Below, in pieces: positions 9,627-18,572 of a DNA stretch of 64,000 bases. The translations under genes and the position numbers were made by a program. How positions within the stretch are numbered: the first letter of the stretch is position 1; the number at the start of each line of letters is the position of its first letter. Under the pieces are notes generated by a model. It ran no database searches. It was not told the origin of the DNA and saw only the letters and a list, made by a program, of their open reading frames with translations. The stretch is from Candidatus Obscuribacteraceae bacterium (GTDB taxonomy: Bacteria > Cyanobacteriota > Vampirovibrionia > Obscuribacterales > Obscuribacteraceae), in NCBI GenBank assembly GCA_044226015.1, contig JBGAHS010000001.1, forward strand, positions 320,001 through 384,000, in the 5' to 3' direction.

Positions 9627-11609
9627 ATGCAGAAGAGAATCATACTCATACACGAAGACCCGAAAATTTGCGATAGCTTGAGACAGGCTTTTGTAAGTTA
9701 TGGATATGCAGTCACGCAGCTGCGTAAGACAGATGACGCTGTTGAATTGATTCAGGCAGAAAATCCAGATGCAATTATTGTTGCTCCGGAATTGATCAAA
9801 GACGACATCAAAGAACTGCTGGACAAATTGAATGGACGCAGAGCCGGTGAGGCCCCCGTAACCCTGGTGATGCCTGCGCCAACACAAGCCTCAACACCTG
9901 AGTCGGCCAAAGCTTCTGCACCAAATATAGAGGCAGCCGAAAAACTGAAGCAGTTCCAGAATCTATTTCTTGTTGTAAAAATCAAGTATGCCCGGAGTTT
10001 ACCCGCTAAGGTGGAAGAGCTCGGTAGGGACATCAGTTCATCGCGTGCTCAACCGGAAGAAGTTGAAGCGTTGGAGACAGTTCGTCAAGTTTCGCACAAG
10101 CTGGTCGGTACAGCTGGCTCTTATGGTTATGAAAAATTTGCGATGCTGATGCGAACCATAGAGCAGTTTTCAATTGAAATCGGAAAGACTGAAGTCGGCT
10201 CAGAGCAAATTCCCATTATGTGGAATACCATTGAAGAGAGTTTGCGTATGGCCATGGCCGAAGCTGAGCGCATCGCTCAAGAAGCTGCTGAAATGGAAGC
10301 CTCGAAACCTGTGGACGACAGCCGCCCACTCGGACCTGTCTTCGCAAGAGTTTTGATGGTTGATGAAGATGAGGCTTTTCTTGATGTTGTAGAGCACCTT
10401 GGTCGTCAAGCAAATGTTGCTGTTATCAAAGCCCCTAGCGATGGAGCCGCGATGAACGCTGCCTTGATGCATCAGCTGGATGCAGCAATAGTCGACGTGA
10501 AAGCCGACAATCCTGAAAAGGCGTTCAAGTTAGCAATTGATCTTCGCAGTCTGCCAGGATATGACACTTTGCCGCTGGCATTCATTTCTGCTGACGCTGG
10601 CATCAGACCTGCTGTTGAAGCAGCGCACGTCGGTGCCTCGCTGCATCTAGACAAGCCGCTTGATGCAACTGCTCTTGAAGCTGCAGTTCGACACCTGGTC
10701 GCTATCAGGCAAGGTGGTCGCCCTAAAGTTATGGTGGTCGATGACGACCCCGATTTCACTGCGAAAATTGCATTTGATTTGAGAAATGACAATTTGCTCG
10801 TGCGCACAGTGCACGATCCTCTGAAATTACTTGAAGCCTTGCAAGAATTTCCACCCGACGTAATGTTGCTCGATGTGATGATGCCTGGCATGAACGGTTT
10901 TGAAGTTTGCCAGATGCTTCGCGGAATGCCCAGATGGCGAGATTTGCCGATCATCTTTATCACTGCAGAAATACATATTGAGGCGAGAGTTAAGGCTTTC
11001 ACTTCCGGTGGTGATGATTATTTACCGAAGCCTGTGGTAACTGAGGAATTACTTGCTCGCGTGCGAGTTCGCCTTGAGAAGTCGCGCTTACTCAAAGAGC
11101 GTTCGGACAAAGACACGATTACCGGTTTGTTATTGCGTCGAGCATTCGTTGAGCAATTCAATGCGATGCTCGCAGACGTAGAACGCGCCAACTCTGTGAT
11201 GTCTATTTGCCTGATGGACGTTGACCATTTCAAAAAAGTCAACGACACTTACGGGCATATTGCTGGCGACCATGTTCTGGCTGGCTTCGGTGGATTGTTG
11301 CTTCGCCGCTTTCGAGTTGATGATTTGCGAGGACGTTGGGGCGGTGAAGAGTTCATCATCGCGTTCAGGCGTGAAAACAAAGAAACCATGAGGGCAGCAA
11401 TCAATCGAGTCCAGGAAGAGTTTTCGAAAATGGTTTTTGAAAGTGATGATTCCAGGCAGTTTAGTGTAACCTTCAGTGGTGGCGTTGCCAGTTATCCAGA
11501 TGATGGTAAAACCTTGCACGAGTTACTAACGGTGGCAGACAAACGACTTTATGACGCAAAACACGCTGGAAGACGCAGAATATTTATCGATGACAATGGA
11601 AAAGACTGA
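9627..11609 (+). CDS. Diguanylate cyclase, REC-Hpt-REC-REC-GGDEF
   Basis: Degenerate REC, Hpt SHKLVGTAGSYG, two REC domains, DVDHFKKVNDTYGH, RVDD I-site and GGEEF active site. Confidence 0.93.
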   Translation: MQKRIILIHEDPKICDSLRQAFVSYGYAVTQLRKTDDAVELIQAENPDAIIVAPELIKDDIKELLDKLNGRRAGEAPVTLVMPAPTQASTPESAKASAPNIEAAEKLKQFQNLFLVVKIKYARSLPAKVEELGRDISSSRAQPEEVEALETVRQVSHKLVGTAGSYGYEKFAMLMRTIEQFSIEIGKTEVGSEQIPIMWNTIEESLRMAMAEAERIAQEAAEMEASKPVDDSRPLGPVFARVLMVDEDEAFLDVVEHLGRQANVAVIKAPSDGAAMNAALMHQLDAAIVDVKADNPEKAFKLAIDLRSLPGYDTLPLAFISADAGIRPAVEAAHVGASLHLDKPLDATALEAAVRHLVAIRQGGRPKVMVVDDDPDFTAKIAFDLRNDNLLVRTVHDPLKLLEALQEFPPDVMLLDVMMPGMNGFEVCQMLRGMPRWRDLPIIFITAEIHIEARVKAFTSGGDDYLPKPVVTEELLARVRVRLEKSRLLKERSDKDTITGLLLRRAFVEQFNAMLADVERANSVMSICLMDVDHFKKVNDTYGHIAGDHVLAGFGGLLLRRFRVDDLRGRWGGEEFIIAFRRENKETMRAAINRVQEEFSKMVFESDDSRQFSVTFSGGVASYPDDGKTLHELLTVADKRLYDAKHAGRRRIFIDDNGKD

Positions 11610-11610
11610 T

Positions 11611-12660
11611 ATGACTAGCACGGTTGATCAAAACACAGAGACATCAACAATCGCAAAAGACTCGAAGGCGAAGTCTGCCATAAAGCAAATCGTCGGAATT
11701 GGGTTAGCTGGCGCAATGCTCTGGTTTTGTTTTAAGGATGCAGATCTAAACAAACTTTGGCAGTATGCGAAAGAAGCTGACATGACATTCATGATTGCTA
11801 CTTGTGCCAATTCTATTTTCTCTCATGTTATTAGAGCCTGGCGTTGGACTATACTTCTGCAACCGCTATCAGAAAAGAAAATAAGTCTGTGGAATTCATT
11901 TTGTGCAGTGATGTATGGCTATGCGGTAAATGTGGCAATTCCCCGTGGGGGCGAGGTTGCCAGGCTGGTTTCAATCAGTAAAACCGAACACATTTCATGG
12001 GCCGGAGTTCTGCCCACTATGTTCATTGATCGCTTGCTTGATCTTGCGATGTTAGTATTGCTCATGGGGGTAACTTTGAGCAAATTGCCTCCGGGCATTC
12101 TTGACCCTCGCCTCACGGGGCCGCTAGGCATCTTCATGTGTGTAGCCACATTTGCAGGGCTGTTCGCACTTCCTTTTGTCGGAAAGATTGGGCGTTTTGT
12201 TCTCGATCTGCCATTTTTGAATTCGAAAATTCCAGCTGGTCTTCGAAGCAAACTAGATGCACTACTTGCCCAGTTTGATGCGGGAACCAGAAGTTTGACC
12301 AGTTTGCCAAAGCTACTGGTGATTGCGCTCTCTTCAATAGCAATCTGGGCTTGCTACTGGCTCAACGGTTACCTGATGATTTTTGCTTTTCATCTAGACA
12401 AACTTGTTGATATTGCAAAGACTCTGGTCATATTTACGATAAGCTCAGTCAGCGTATTAGTACCTACTCCCGGTAGCGCTGGAAGCTATCACATTCTTTC
12501 AAGTCAAACTTTGCAGAAGGTTGCAGGCGTTGACCCAGCGCAGGCGCTTGCCTACGCGACTGTGACTCATTTGATTTGTTTTGTCATTGTTGCCTGTTTG
12601 CCTGCAGGCATCTGTTTCATAATTCAGAATGCACAGAATTCTTCCAAAGCAGCTGAGTGA
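11611..12660 (+). CDS. Lysylphosphatidylglycerol synthase TM / flippase-like (UPF0104) membrane protein
   Basis: RAWRW, N-x-x-IPRGGEVAR, DRLLD and PTPGSAGSYH motifs; multiple TM segments. Confidence 0.88.
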   Translation: MTSTVDQNTETSTIAKDSKAKSAIKQIVGIGLAGAMLWFCFKDADLNKLWQYAKEADMTFMIATCANSIFSHVIRAWRWTILLQPLSEKKISLWNSFCAVMYGYAVNVAIPRGGEVARLVSISKTEHISWAGVLPTMFIDRLLDLAMLVLLMGVTLSKLPPGILDPRLTGPLGIFMCVATFAGLFALPFVGKIGRFVLDLPFLNSKIPAGLRSKLDALLAQFDAGTRSLTSLPKLLVIALSSIAIWACYWLNGYLMIFAFHLDKLVDIAKTLVIFTISSVSVLVPTPGSAGSYHILSSQTLQKVAGVDPAQALAYATVTHLICFVIVACLPAGICFIIQNAQNSSKAAE

Positions 12661-12664
12661 GCTT

Positions 12665-13741
12665 TTACTGGTCGTGCTTTTGTAATGACCAGCGAGAAAT
12701 GCTTGCGCCGCCGTTTATCATTGATTGCATTTGTTCGCCGAAGAAAACGTACGGGTGTATTTTGGGCAGTGCGCTAACCTCTTCAAGTTCGCTCTGCGCT
12801 TTTTCATCGAGCGAAAAATCGAGTGAGGAAATGTTGTCTTGCAGTTGATGCAGCTTCGTGGCTCCGATTATCGTTGAGCTGATGCCCGGTCGATTTGCGA
12901 CCCAGTTCAAAGCGACTTGGGCGGCCGATTTGTTTAAGCGTTTTGCGTTCTCGCTTAGCGCATCAACAATCTTCCAGTTGCGCTCTGTGAATAGTTTGTC
13001 GAAACTTTCGTTGCCTGCATCTTTTACGGCACCAAGCCTGCCTTGCTTGCCCACGTCATCTCTTTTATATTTTCCTGTGAGCATGCCGCTTGCAAGAGGG
13101 CTCCACGGGCAGATTCCAACTCCCAGCTCATTGGCTGCTTCAACGAATTCGTATTCAATGCTTCTTTCGACAAGAGAATATTCAAGCTGCAACGAAATGG
13201 GTCCGTGTAATGAACGAGCTTGAGCCAGGGTTTGCATCTTCGCAATGTACCAGGATGGCACATCAGAGAGCCCGAAATATCTGATTTTTCCAGCGCGAAC
13301 CAGGTCATTCAATGTTAGTAGAACTTCTTCTACAGGAGTTGCGCGGTCCCACGCGTGCAACCAATACAGGTCGATGTAATCGGTTTGCAGTCGCTTTAGC
13401 GAAGCTTCCAGAGCGCGGTAAATATTTTTGCTGCCGTTGCCTCCAGCATTGGGATTCTTAGCCTGGGCGCTGAATGTAAACTTTGTCGCGAGCACCAACT
13501 GATCTCTGAGTTTCTTTTCTCTGGTGAATTTGCCTACCATTTCCTCGCTTTTGCCGTTTGTGTAGCCATCTGCAGTATCTATGAAGTTACCGCCTGCATT
13601 GACGTAAGCCGAAAATACTTCGTCCGCGGTAGATTCTGAACTGCCCCAGCCCCAGTCCTCACCAAATGTCATAGTTCCGAGGCAGAGAGGGCTGACTTTC
13701 AATCCTGAGCGACCTAATGTTCTGTACTTGCTCAATTGCAT
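12665..13741 (-). CDS. Aldo/keto reductase
   Basis: LGRSGLKVSPLCLGTM, DTADGY, LATK, DYIDLYWLH, WSPLASG; AGGAG SD before 13741. Confidence 0.96.
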   Translation of the reverse strand: MQLSKYRTLGRSGLKVSPLCLGTMTFGEDWGWGSSESTADEVFSAYVNAGGNFIDTADGYTNGKSEEMVGKFTREKKLRDQLVLATKFTFSAQAKNPNAGGNGSKNIYRALEASLKRLQTDYIDLYWLHAWDRATPVEEVLLTLNDLVRAGKIRYFGLSDVPSWYIAKMQTLAQARSLHGPISLQLEYSLVERSIEYEFVEAANELGVGICPWSPLASGMLTGKYKRDDVGKQGRLGAVKDAGNESFDKLFTERNWKIVDALSENAKRLNKSAAQVALNWVANRPGISSTIIGATKLHQLQDNISSLDFSLDEKAQSELEEVSALPKIHPYVFFGEQMQSMINGGASISRWSLQKHDQ

Positions 13742-14111
13742 GGGTTCTCTCCTAAGCATTGTGTCTGACTGTAATCTGCAGAGAATGCGCAAGTCTAGCA
13801 CTAAATTATTGAATCTCGACTTCTTTGATTACTCATACGAAACATTCGTGTTGCGTTTATTGAGAATGCTCTGTGTAAGGCGTAACAGAACATCGTTGAT
13901 CTAATCTTTGACTGATACTAAATGTGGTGCAGTTCGATTGCAAGTAAATGACGCTCTGTCCGCATATCGAACGCAAATGGCTTGAAAACTTATTCCTTAA
14001 CAATATGACATCTCGCGCTGCCAAGCTGGTAAATTATTAGCCACAATGCCTAACGCGACTTTCTTGCGGGTTACCAGGCGTTGTTTTAGAAGCTCAGCAA
14101 CACCGGATTCC

Positions 14112-15038
14112 ATGGTTAGACGCATAATTCATGACAACGATGGTCATGTAGATGACATTTTAAGCGCGCTCTTAATGTGGCTGTCGCCTGAGATTTCTAT
14201 GCAAGCAATTACAGTAACTGATGGTGATTGTTTTGCGATGCAGTCTTTTGAGTCCATGGTAAAGATTGCAACCTATCTTGATCTCGAAGGTGCCGAAATT
14301 GGTCTTAGCGAAGACCCCTGTCCCAATCCATTTCCAGATAACTGGCGCAGAGAGAGCTACATCATAAATGAGCTTCCCCTTTTTTCTGACAATGATTTGA
14401 AGTCGCCCTATCAAAGCTTTCGTCCTAGAAAATCACAAACCCTCATCACCGATATCTTAGCTAACTCAAAACAACCTGTGACGCTTGTTTGCACAGGACC
14501 ACTGACTAATGTGGCTCCGGTGTTTGAAGCCAGACCTGATCTCAAGTCGAAAGTTGAACATGTCTACATCATGGGCGGTGCCGTCTGGGTGCCCGGAAAT
14601 GTTGAAATGCCTGAGCACGATGGAAGTGCTGAGTGGAATTTTTACGCAGACCCACCCGCAGCAAAAAAGTTCATTGATACAGGCTTGCCCATCACATTGA
14701 TACCACTCGATGTTACCAACAACGTACCGGTAACTCGTGAGTTTCTACTGAAACTTGATGCGCAAGCTGAATACAGTAAGGCTTCTCAACTTGCTGCTCG
14801 ACTTTTTTCTCTGGTAAAAGGGTTCAATTATTATTTTTGGGATACACTCACGGCAGCAGCAGTTTTGAAACCAAATCTATTTACTTTCAAAGATCAGCGT
14901 GTAGATGTGGTGGCAAGCGGCAAAAGTCAGGGACGAACTCAAACTACCATGTTTGCTGGCAAGAAAATCAAAGTTGCAACTGCTGTTCAGGTTGAGCCTT
15001 TTGAACAAATGGTTCTGGAAATACTCGGAAGGAAGTAG
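14112..15038 (+). CDS. Nucleoside hydrolase (likely purine-preferring IAG type)
   Basis: DNDGHVDD Asp cluster, TGPLTN, MGG...GN, AEWNFYADP; NPFPDNW and YFWD tryptophans. Confidence 0.92.
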   Translation: MVRRIIHDNDGHVDDILSALLMWLSPEISMQAITVTDGDCFAMQSFESMVKIATYLDLEGAEIGLSEDPCPNPFPDNWRRESYIINELPLFSDNDLKSPYQSFRPRKSQTLITDILANSKQPVTLVCTGPLTNVAPVFEARPDLKSKVEHVYIMGGAVWVPGNVEMPEHDGSAEWNFYADPPAAKKFIDTGLPITLIPLDVTNNVPVTREFLLKLDAQAEYSKASQLAARLFSLVKGFNYYFWDTLTAAAVLKPNLFTFKDQRVDVVASGKSQGRTQTTMFAGKKIKVATAVQVEPFEQMVLEILGRK

Positions 15039-15046
15039 GACAAGCT

Positions 15047-15940
15047 GTGCCTTTTGAACTGTATCTAACTCGCTCGTTTGTCCCCGTCATTGAACGAACT
15101 CTAGAGTCTGAGCTTCCCCCATTGACGAGAGAAGAATTTGAGCTCTTAATGGATGGAGCTCCTTTGCGTTCTACGATGGAAGACGGTACGAGATGGTTCT
15201 GGCATCCATCCGGGGTTCCGTGGATGAGCGTACAGTTTCATGAGCCATCCAAAGAACACACTTATATTTCGCTTTCAATAAGTTATTCGCACAATCAGTT
15301 TCTGAAAGTATGGGCTTCAGCTTTTGAGCTAGCTCTTCGAATGGCTAAGAGTGTTCAAGCAAGAATTTTCGAAGATTCTAACTTCTATGAAGTTGATGCT
15401 GAGCGGATACAAGAATTGTTGGCACCTGACGGTGACTTCGTTTCTGAGCAGGCAAAGTTCTGGGAGCAGAATGTGACCTTGATAAATTCACAAATGAAGG
15501 CTCCTCTAGAATACCCAATTGCAAAACATGATGCGGTTACCGATTACTTTGTTTTATTTCTAGAGCCGGAGAAAAAACTCTCGACTGAAGAGTTAGCAAA
15601 AAAGCTGAATCTGAATATCTCTGTTGGTTCACTTTCGTCGGACAGATTTGCCGTAGAAGATCCAAAAGATGGAAGTGTCCTCAGCCGCGCTTTGATTCGT
15701 CCTAACGATAGCGCCTGGCAAATATGGCCATTTTACTGGATGGAACCGTTCTCTCGCGTTGCGAAGGAAACGCTGGAACTTGCAAGCAAACTGCACGCGG
15801 AACTGGGTGGGTCCTTATTCTTCAGAGAGCAGCCCTTAACGAGCGAATTGAAGAACGAAATTTGCGATCATATAGATGGGCTTGGAGTCGAATTCTTTTT
15901 GTGGTGGCAAGAGCGCCAAAAAATTACTTCGAAATCATAA
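15047..15940 (+). CDS. Hypothetical protein
   Basis: 297-aa ORF 8 bp downstream of the nucleoside hydrolase; probably co-transcribed. Confidence 0.75.
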   Translation: MPFELYLTRSFVPVIERTLESELPPLTREEFELLMDGAPLRSTMEDGTRWFWHPSGVPWMSVQFHEPSKEHTYISLSISYSHNQFLKVWASAFELALRMAKSVQARIFEDSNFYEVDAERIQELLAPDGDFVSEQAKFWEQNVTLINSQMKAPLEYPIAKHDAVTDYFVLFLEPEKKLSTEELAKKLNLNISVGSLSSDRFAVEDPKDGSVLSRALIRPNDSAWQIWPFYWMEPFSRVAKETLELASKLHAELGGSLFFREQPLTSELKNEICDHIDGLGVEFFLWWQERQKITSKS

Positions 15941-16094
15941 TTGGAAATCGCTGTCCAAAATCTTTCTCGTCTGTATACACCCACACAGACAGGAGAAAGG
16001 CGCAAGTTGTCGCCAAAATTGCATACGTTTTTTGCAGCCCGCATGATTAGTGCGGGCTAAGCGGCTTTAGTAATTTCCGCACTTATATCGCTTT

Positions 16095-16232
16095 CTTAAA
16101 AATTCAACTCATAGACAGTGCATATGGGTTGAGTTTACATTCGCAATGTTAAGGGATTTATACAGCGCAAGCAAACACCGACCACCGCAGAATCTTGCGG
16201 TGTCTAGCTTGGCGCATGGCGGGGATAGCAGC
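16095..16232 (+). promoter_or_regulatory. Conserved promoter/leader shared with 18440-18572
   Basis: Shared blocks CTTAAAA, ATRGACAGT, TTGAGTT, TGTTAAGGGATT, TACAGC, a hairpin followed by TCTAG, and GGGGATA SD. Confidence 0.6.
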
Positions 16233-18026
16233 ATGGAAAAACCGACAGATCTTCAGCTTGCGAAGTTTGATAGCAACGCAGGACAACGCAGTGAGCATGA
16301 CGCTCTAATCAACAAAGTAGCCATGGAAATGGCCGGCGGAGACAGCAAAGATCTTATGAGCTTTAACAAAGCTCCAGAAAATACACTGACCCGCTATGGA
16401 ATGGCTACAACTCAGGGACTTCTCAAAGTACCTGAAGGAGTGTTCAATGCGGTAAAGCAGAATGTCCAAAACCCAATTCAAGCACTCGAGACTGTCGGTA
16501 TGGGTGCCGGCATGGCAGTGGTACTGAAAACGGTGCTTCCTGAGGGGGGACCCGCCGGAAAGTTGGCAGCCGGTGCCATTGGCGCGTACCTTACTTACAA
16601 GGCTGCTGAGCCTATAGTTGATGGCTTCAAACAAGCCGGTGCTGCAAGCACAATGAAAGAAATGGCAAGCGCTTCTGACCAAATCGGCAATGCTGGTGGT
16701 GCCTTCATTGTTGATTCAGCTCTTGCTTTTGGTGGCTATAAGCTTGGTGCTCGCTTGAGTGATAGAGCCTTTTCGACTTCTCTAGGCAAGTCGTTTACAG
16801 AAGCCAAAAATGGAATGTACGACAATATAGGTAACAAGGTTTCTGACGCTTTAGGAGTAACTTCAGGCAATACTGTCGTGACCCCATTTGGTCCGCGCAG
16901 TCTTGCACGCAACTTCACCCCAAGCGGATATGGTGTGATTCCTCCATACATGTTGCAAGAATTGTCAGTTCGAAATCCAGGAGTCGATGCATTCGCAAAG
17001 ACTCACAACGCAACTATCGATATGCAGACCAAGCCAGGTCAATTCAAGCCAAATGCTGCCGGAGCTGATGCTGCTGCACCAGCGGTGCGTGAAGTGTACG
17101 ACGCGAAGGGTCGTGAAACGCAGCCAGGAACCAAAGCGCGTTTTGAGGGTGAGAAACCCACAGGCAATGTAGAGGTTGATAACGGCTACGATTACACAGG
17201 ATTTGTTCGTGACTTTTACGCGAAGGAATACGGACGCAATTCGATTGATGGAAAAGGCATGAAGTATGTCTCTACTGTAAATTATGGTCAAAACTATGAA
17301 AATGCGTTCTGGGACGGCAAGCAAATGACATACGGTCATCCTAGCGCTAACAGTCCATTCCGCACATTCGTTATTCTCGATGTGGCCGGTCACGAAATCA
17401 CACATGGTGTTACCGAAATGGAGTCTGGAATGAGATATTTCGGACAATCTGGCGCCTTGAACGAGCACCTTTCTGATGTTTTTGGTGTGATGATTGAGCA
17501 GTATTCGAAGGGGCACACAGCAGATAAAGCTAACTGGATTGTTGGCGAAAAAATTTGGAAAGATAACATCAATGGACGCGGTCTTCGTGACATGAGAAAT
17601 CCGGGAACTGCCTATGATGATCCGGCTATAGGCAAAGACCCACAACCTGCGCACATGAATGACTACTACAAAACCTGGGGTGACAACGGTGGTGTTCACT
17701 ACAATTCAGGTATTCCAAACAAGGCTTTTGCTACATTTGCAATTGATGTAGGTGGAAACGCATGGGATGCACCAGGACATATCTGGTTTGAAGCTCGCAA
17801 AAATGCAGGTAGCAATCCTAGCTTTGGTTCATTCGCTGCACACACGGTTGAAGCTGCGAAGAAACTAGGCCACACTGAACTTGTTCCAAAACTGGAAAAA
17901 GCCTGGAACGATGTTGGTGTCAAACCAGACATCAACGCTACCGACACGACAACTCCAGGTGGAGGTCGTGGTGGTGATGACGACAATGTAGGTTTCATGC
18001 GTCGTCTATTCAAGAAAGCTAGCTAG
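16233..18026 (+). CDS. Protealysin-like M4 metallopeptidase fused to the shared N-terminal domain
   Basis: Propeptide motif IPPYML, NAFWDG, HEITH, GALNEHLSD, DNGGVHYNSGIPN; N-terminal ~230 aa shared with three other ORFs. Confidence 0.93.
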   Translation: MEKPTDLQLAKFDSNAGQRSEHDALINKVAMEMAGGDSKDLMSFNKAPENTLTRYGMATTQGLLKVPEGVFNAVKQNVQNPIQALETVGMGAGMAVVLKTVLPEGGPAGKLAAGAIGAYLTYKAAEPIVDGFKQAGAASTMKEMASASDQIGNAGGAFIVDSALAFGGYKLGARLSDRAFSTSLGKSFTEAKNGMYDNIGNKVSDALGVTSGNTVVTPFGPRSLARNFTPSGYGVIPPYMLQELSVRNPGVDAFAKTHNATIDMQTKPGQFKPNAAGADAAAPAVREVYDAKGRETQPGTKARFEGEKPTGNVEVDNGYDYTGFVRDFYAKEYGRNSIDGKGMKYVSTVNYGQNYENAFWDGKQMTYGHPSANSPFRTFVILDVAGHEITHGVTEMESGMRYFGQSGALNEHLSDVFGVMIEQYSKGHTADKANWIVGEKIWKDNINGRGLRDMRNPGTAYDDPAIGKDPQPAHMNDYYKTWGDNGGVHYNSGIPNKAFATFAIDVGGNAWDAPGHIWFEARKNAGSNPSFGSFAAHTVEAAKKLGHTELVPKLEKAWNDVGVKPDINATDTTTPGGGRGGDDDNVGFMRRLFKKAS

Positions 18027-18080
18027 CTTGGGCAGGACTACAAATCGGTTGGCAGAGACTGATTTGTGAAAGAGAGTCCG

Positions 18081-18116
18081 GAAGGCGCTGTTGTGGTGAC
18101 GGCGCCTTCTTCATTT
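18081..18116 (+). terminator. Intrinsic terminator-like hairpin
   Basis: GAAGGCGCTGTT/GACGGCGCCTTC stem with a weak T tail after the stop. Confidence 0.6.
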
Positions 18117-18572
18117 ATAAAGAAGAACTTTCTACAGATTTGAGGAATTTTCCTGTTTGAGAAAGCATGATGAAAGGCAGACCACTTAGTATCCAGTTAT
18201 TGATTCCCATTCGATAGCCAAAAAAACGCAGATTCGATGAGGGTCTTTTGAGCCAGATAAAATGAGTGTTGCTTCATTTAGAGCAAACGTCAGTTGTAAA
18301 TACAAAATGGATCATCTATCCAGATCCGATCGATCTTTGGACAATTCTTAAAGCACTTAAATCCAGTTCTGATGCGGATCTTAACGCACGCTCATTCAGC
18401 GTGTATATCTGGCGTATTTACCGCACTGATCATGGAAACCTTAAAATCCGCACAATGGACAGTTGATTTGAGTTGAATTACAGTCAGATTGTTAAGGGAT
18501 TGTTTACAGCCATGTAACGGAGATGCACTGCCGAGAGCGCGGTGGTCTAGTGCTGTATTAGGGGATATGAAA

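Noticed and set aside
16146..16232. In-frame MLRD N-terminal extensions of both M4 genes (also 18489-18572)
   Set aside because: Amino-acid similarity is lost after four residues while the nucleotide hairpin is kept, and SD-like GGGGATA sits before the downstream ATGs; treated as non-coding leader but not fully excluded.
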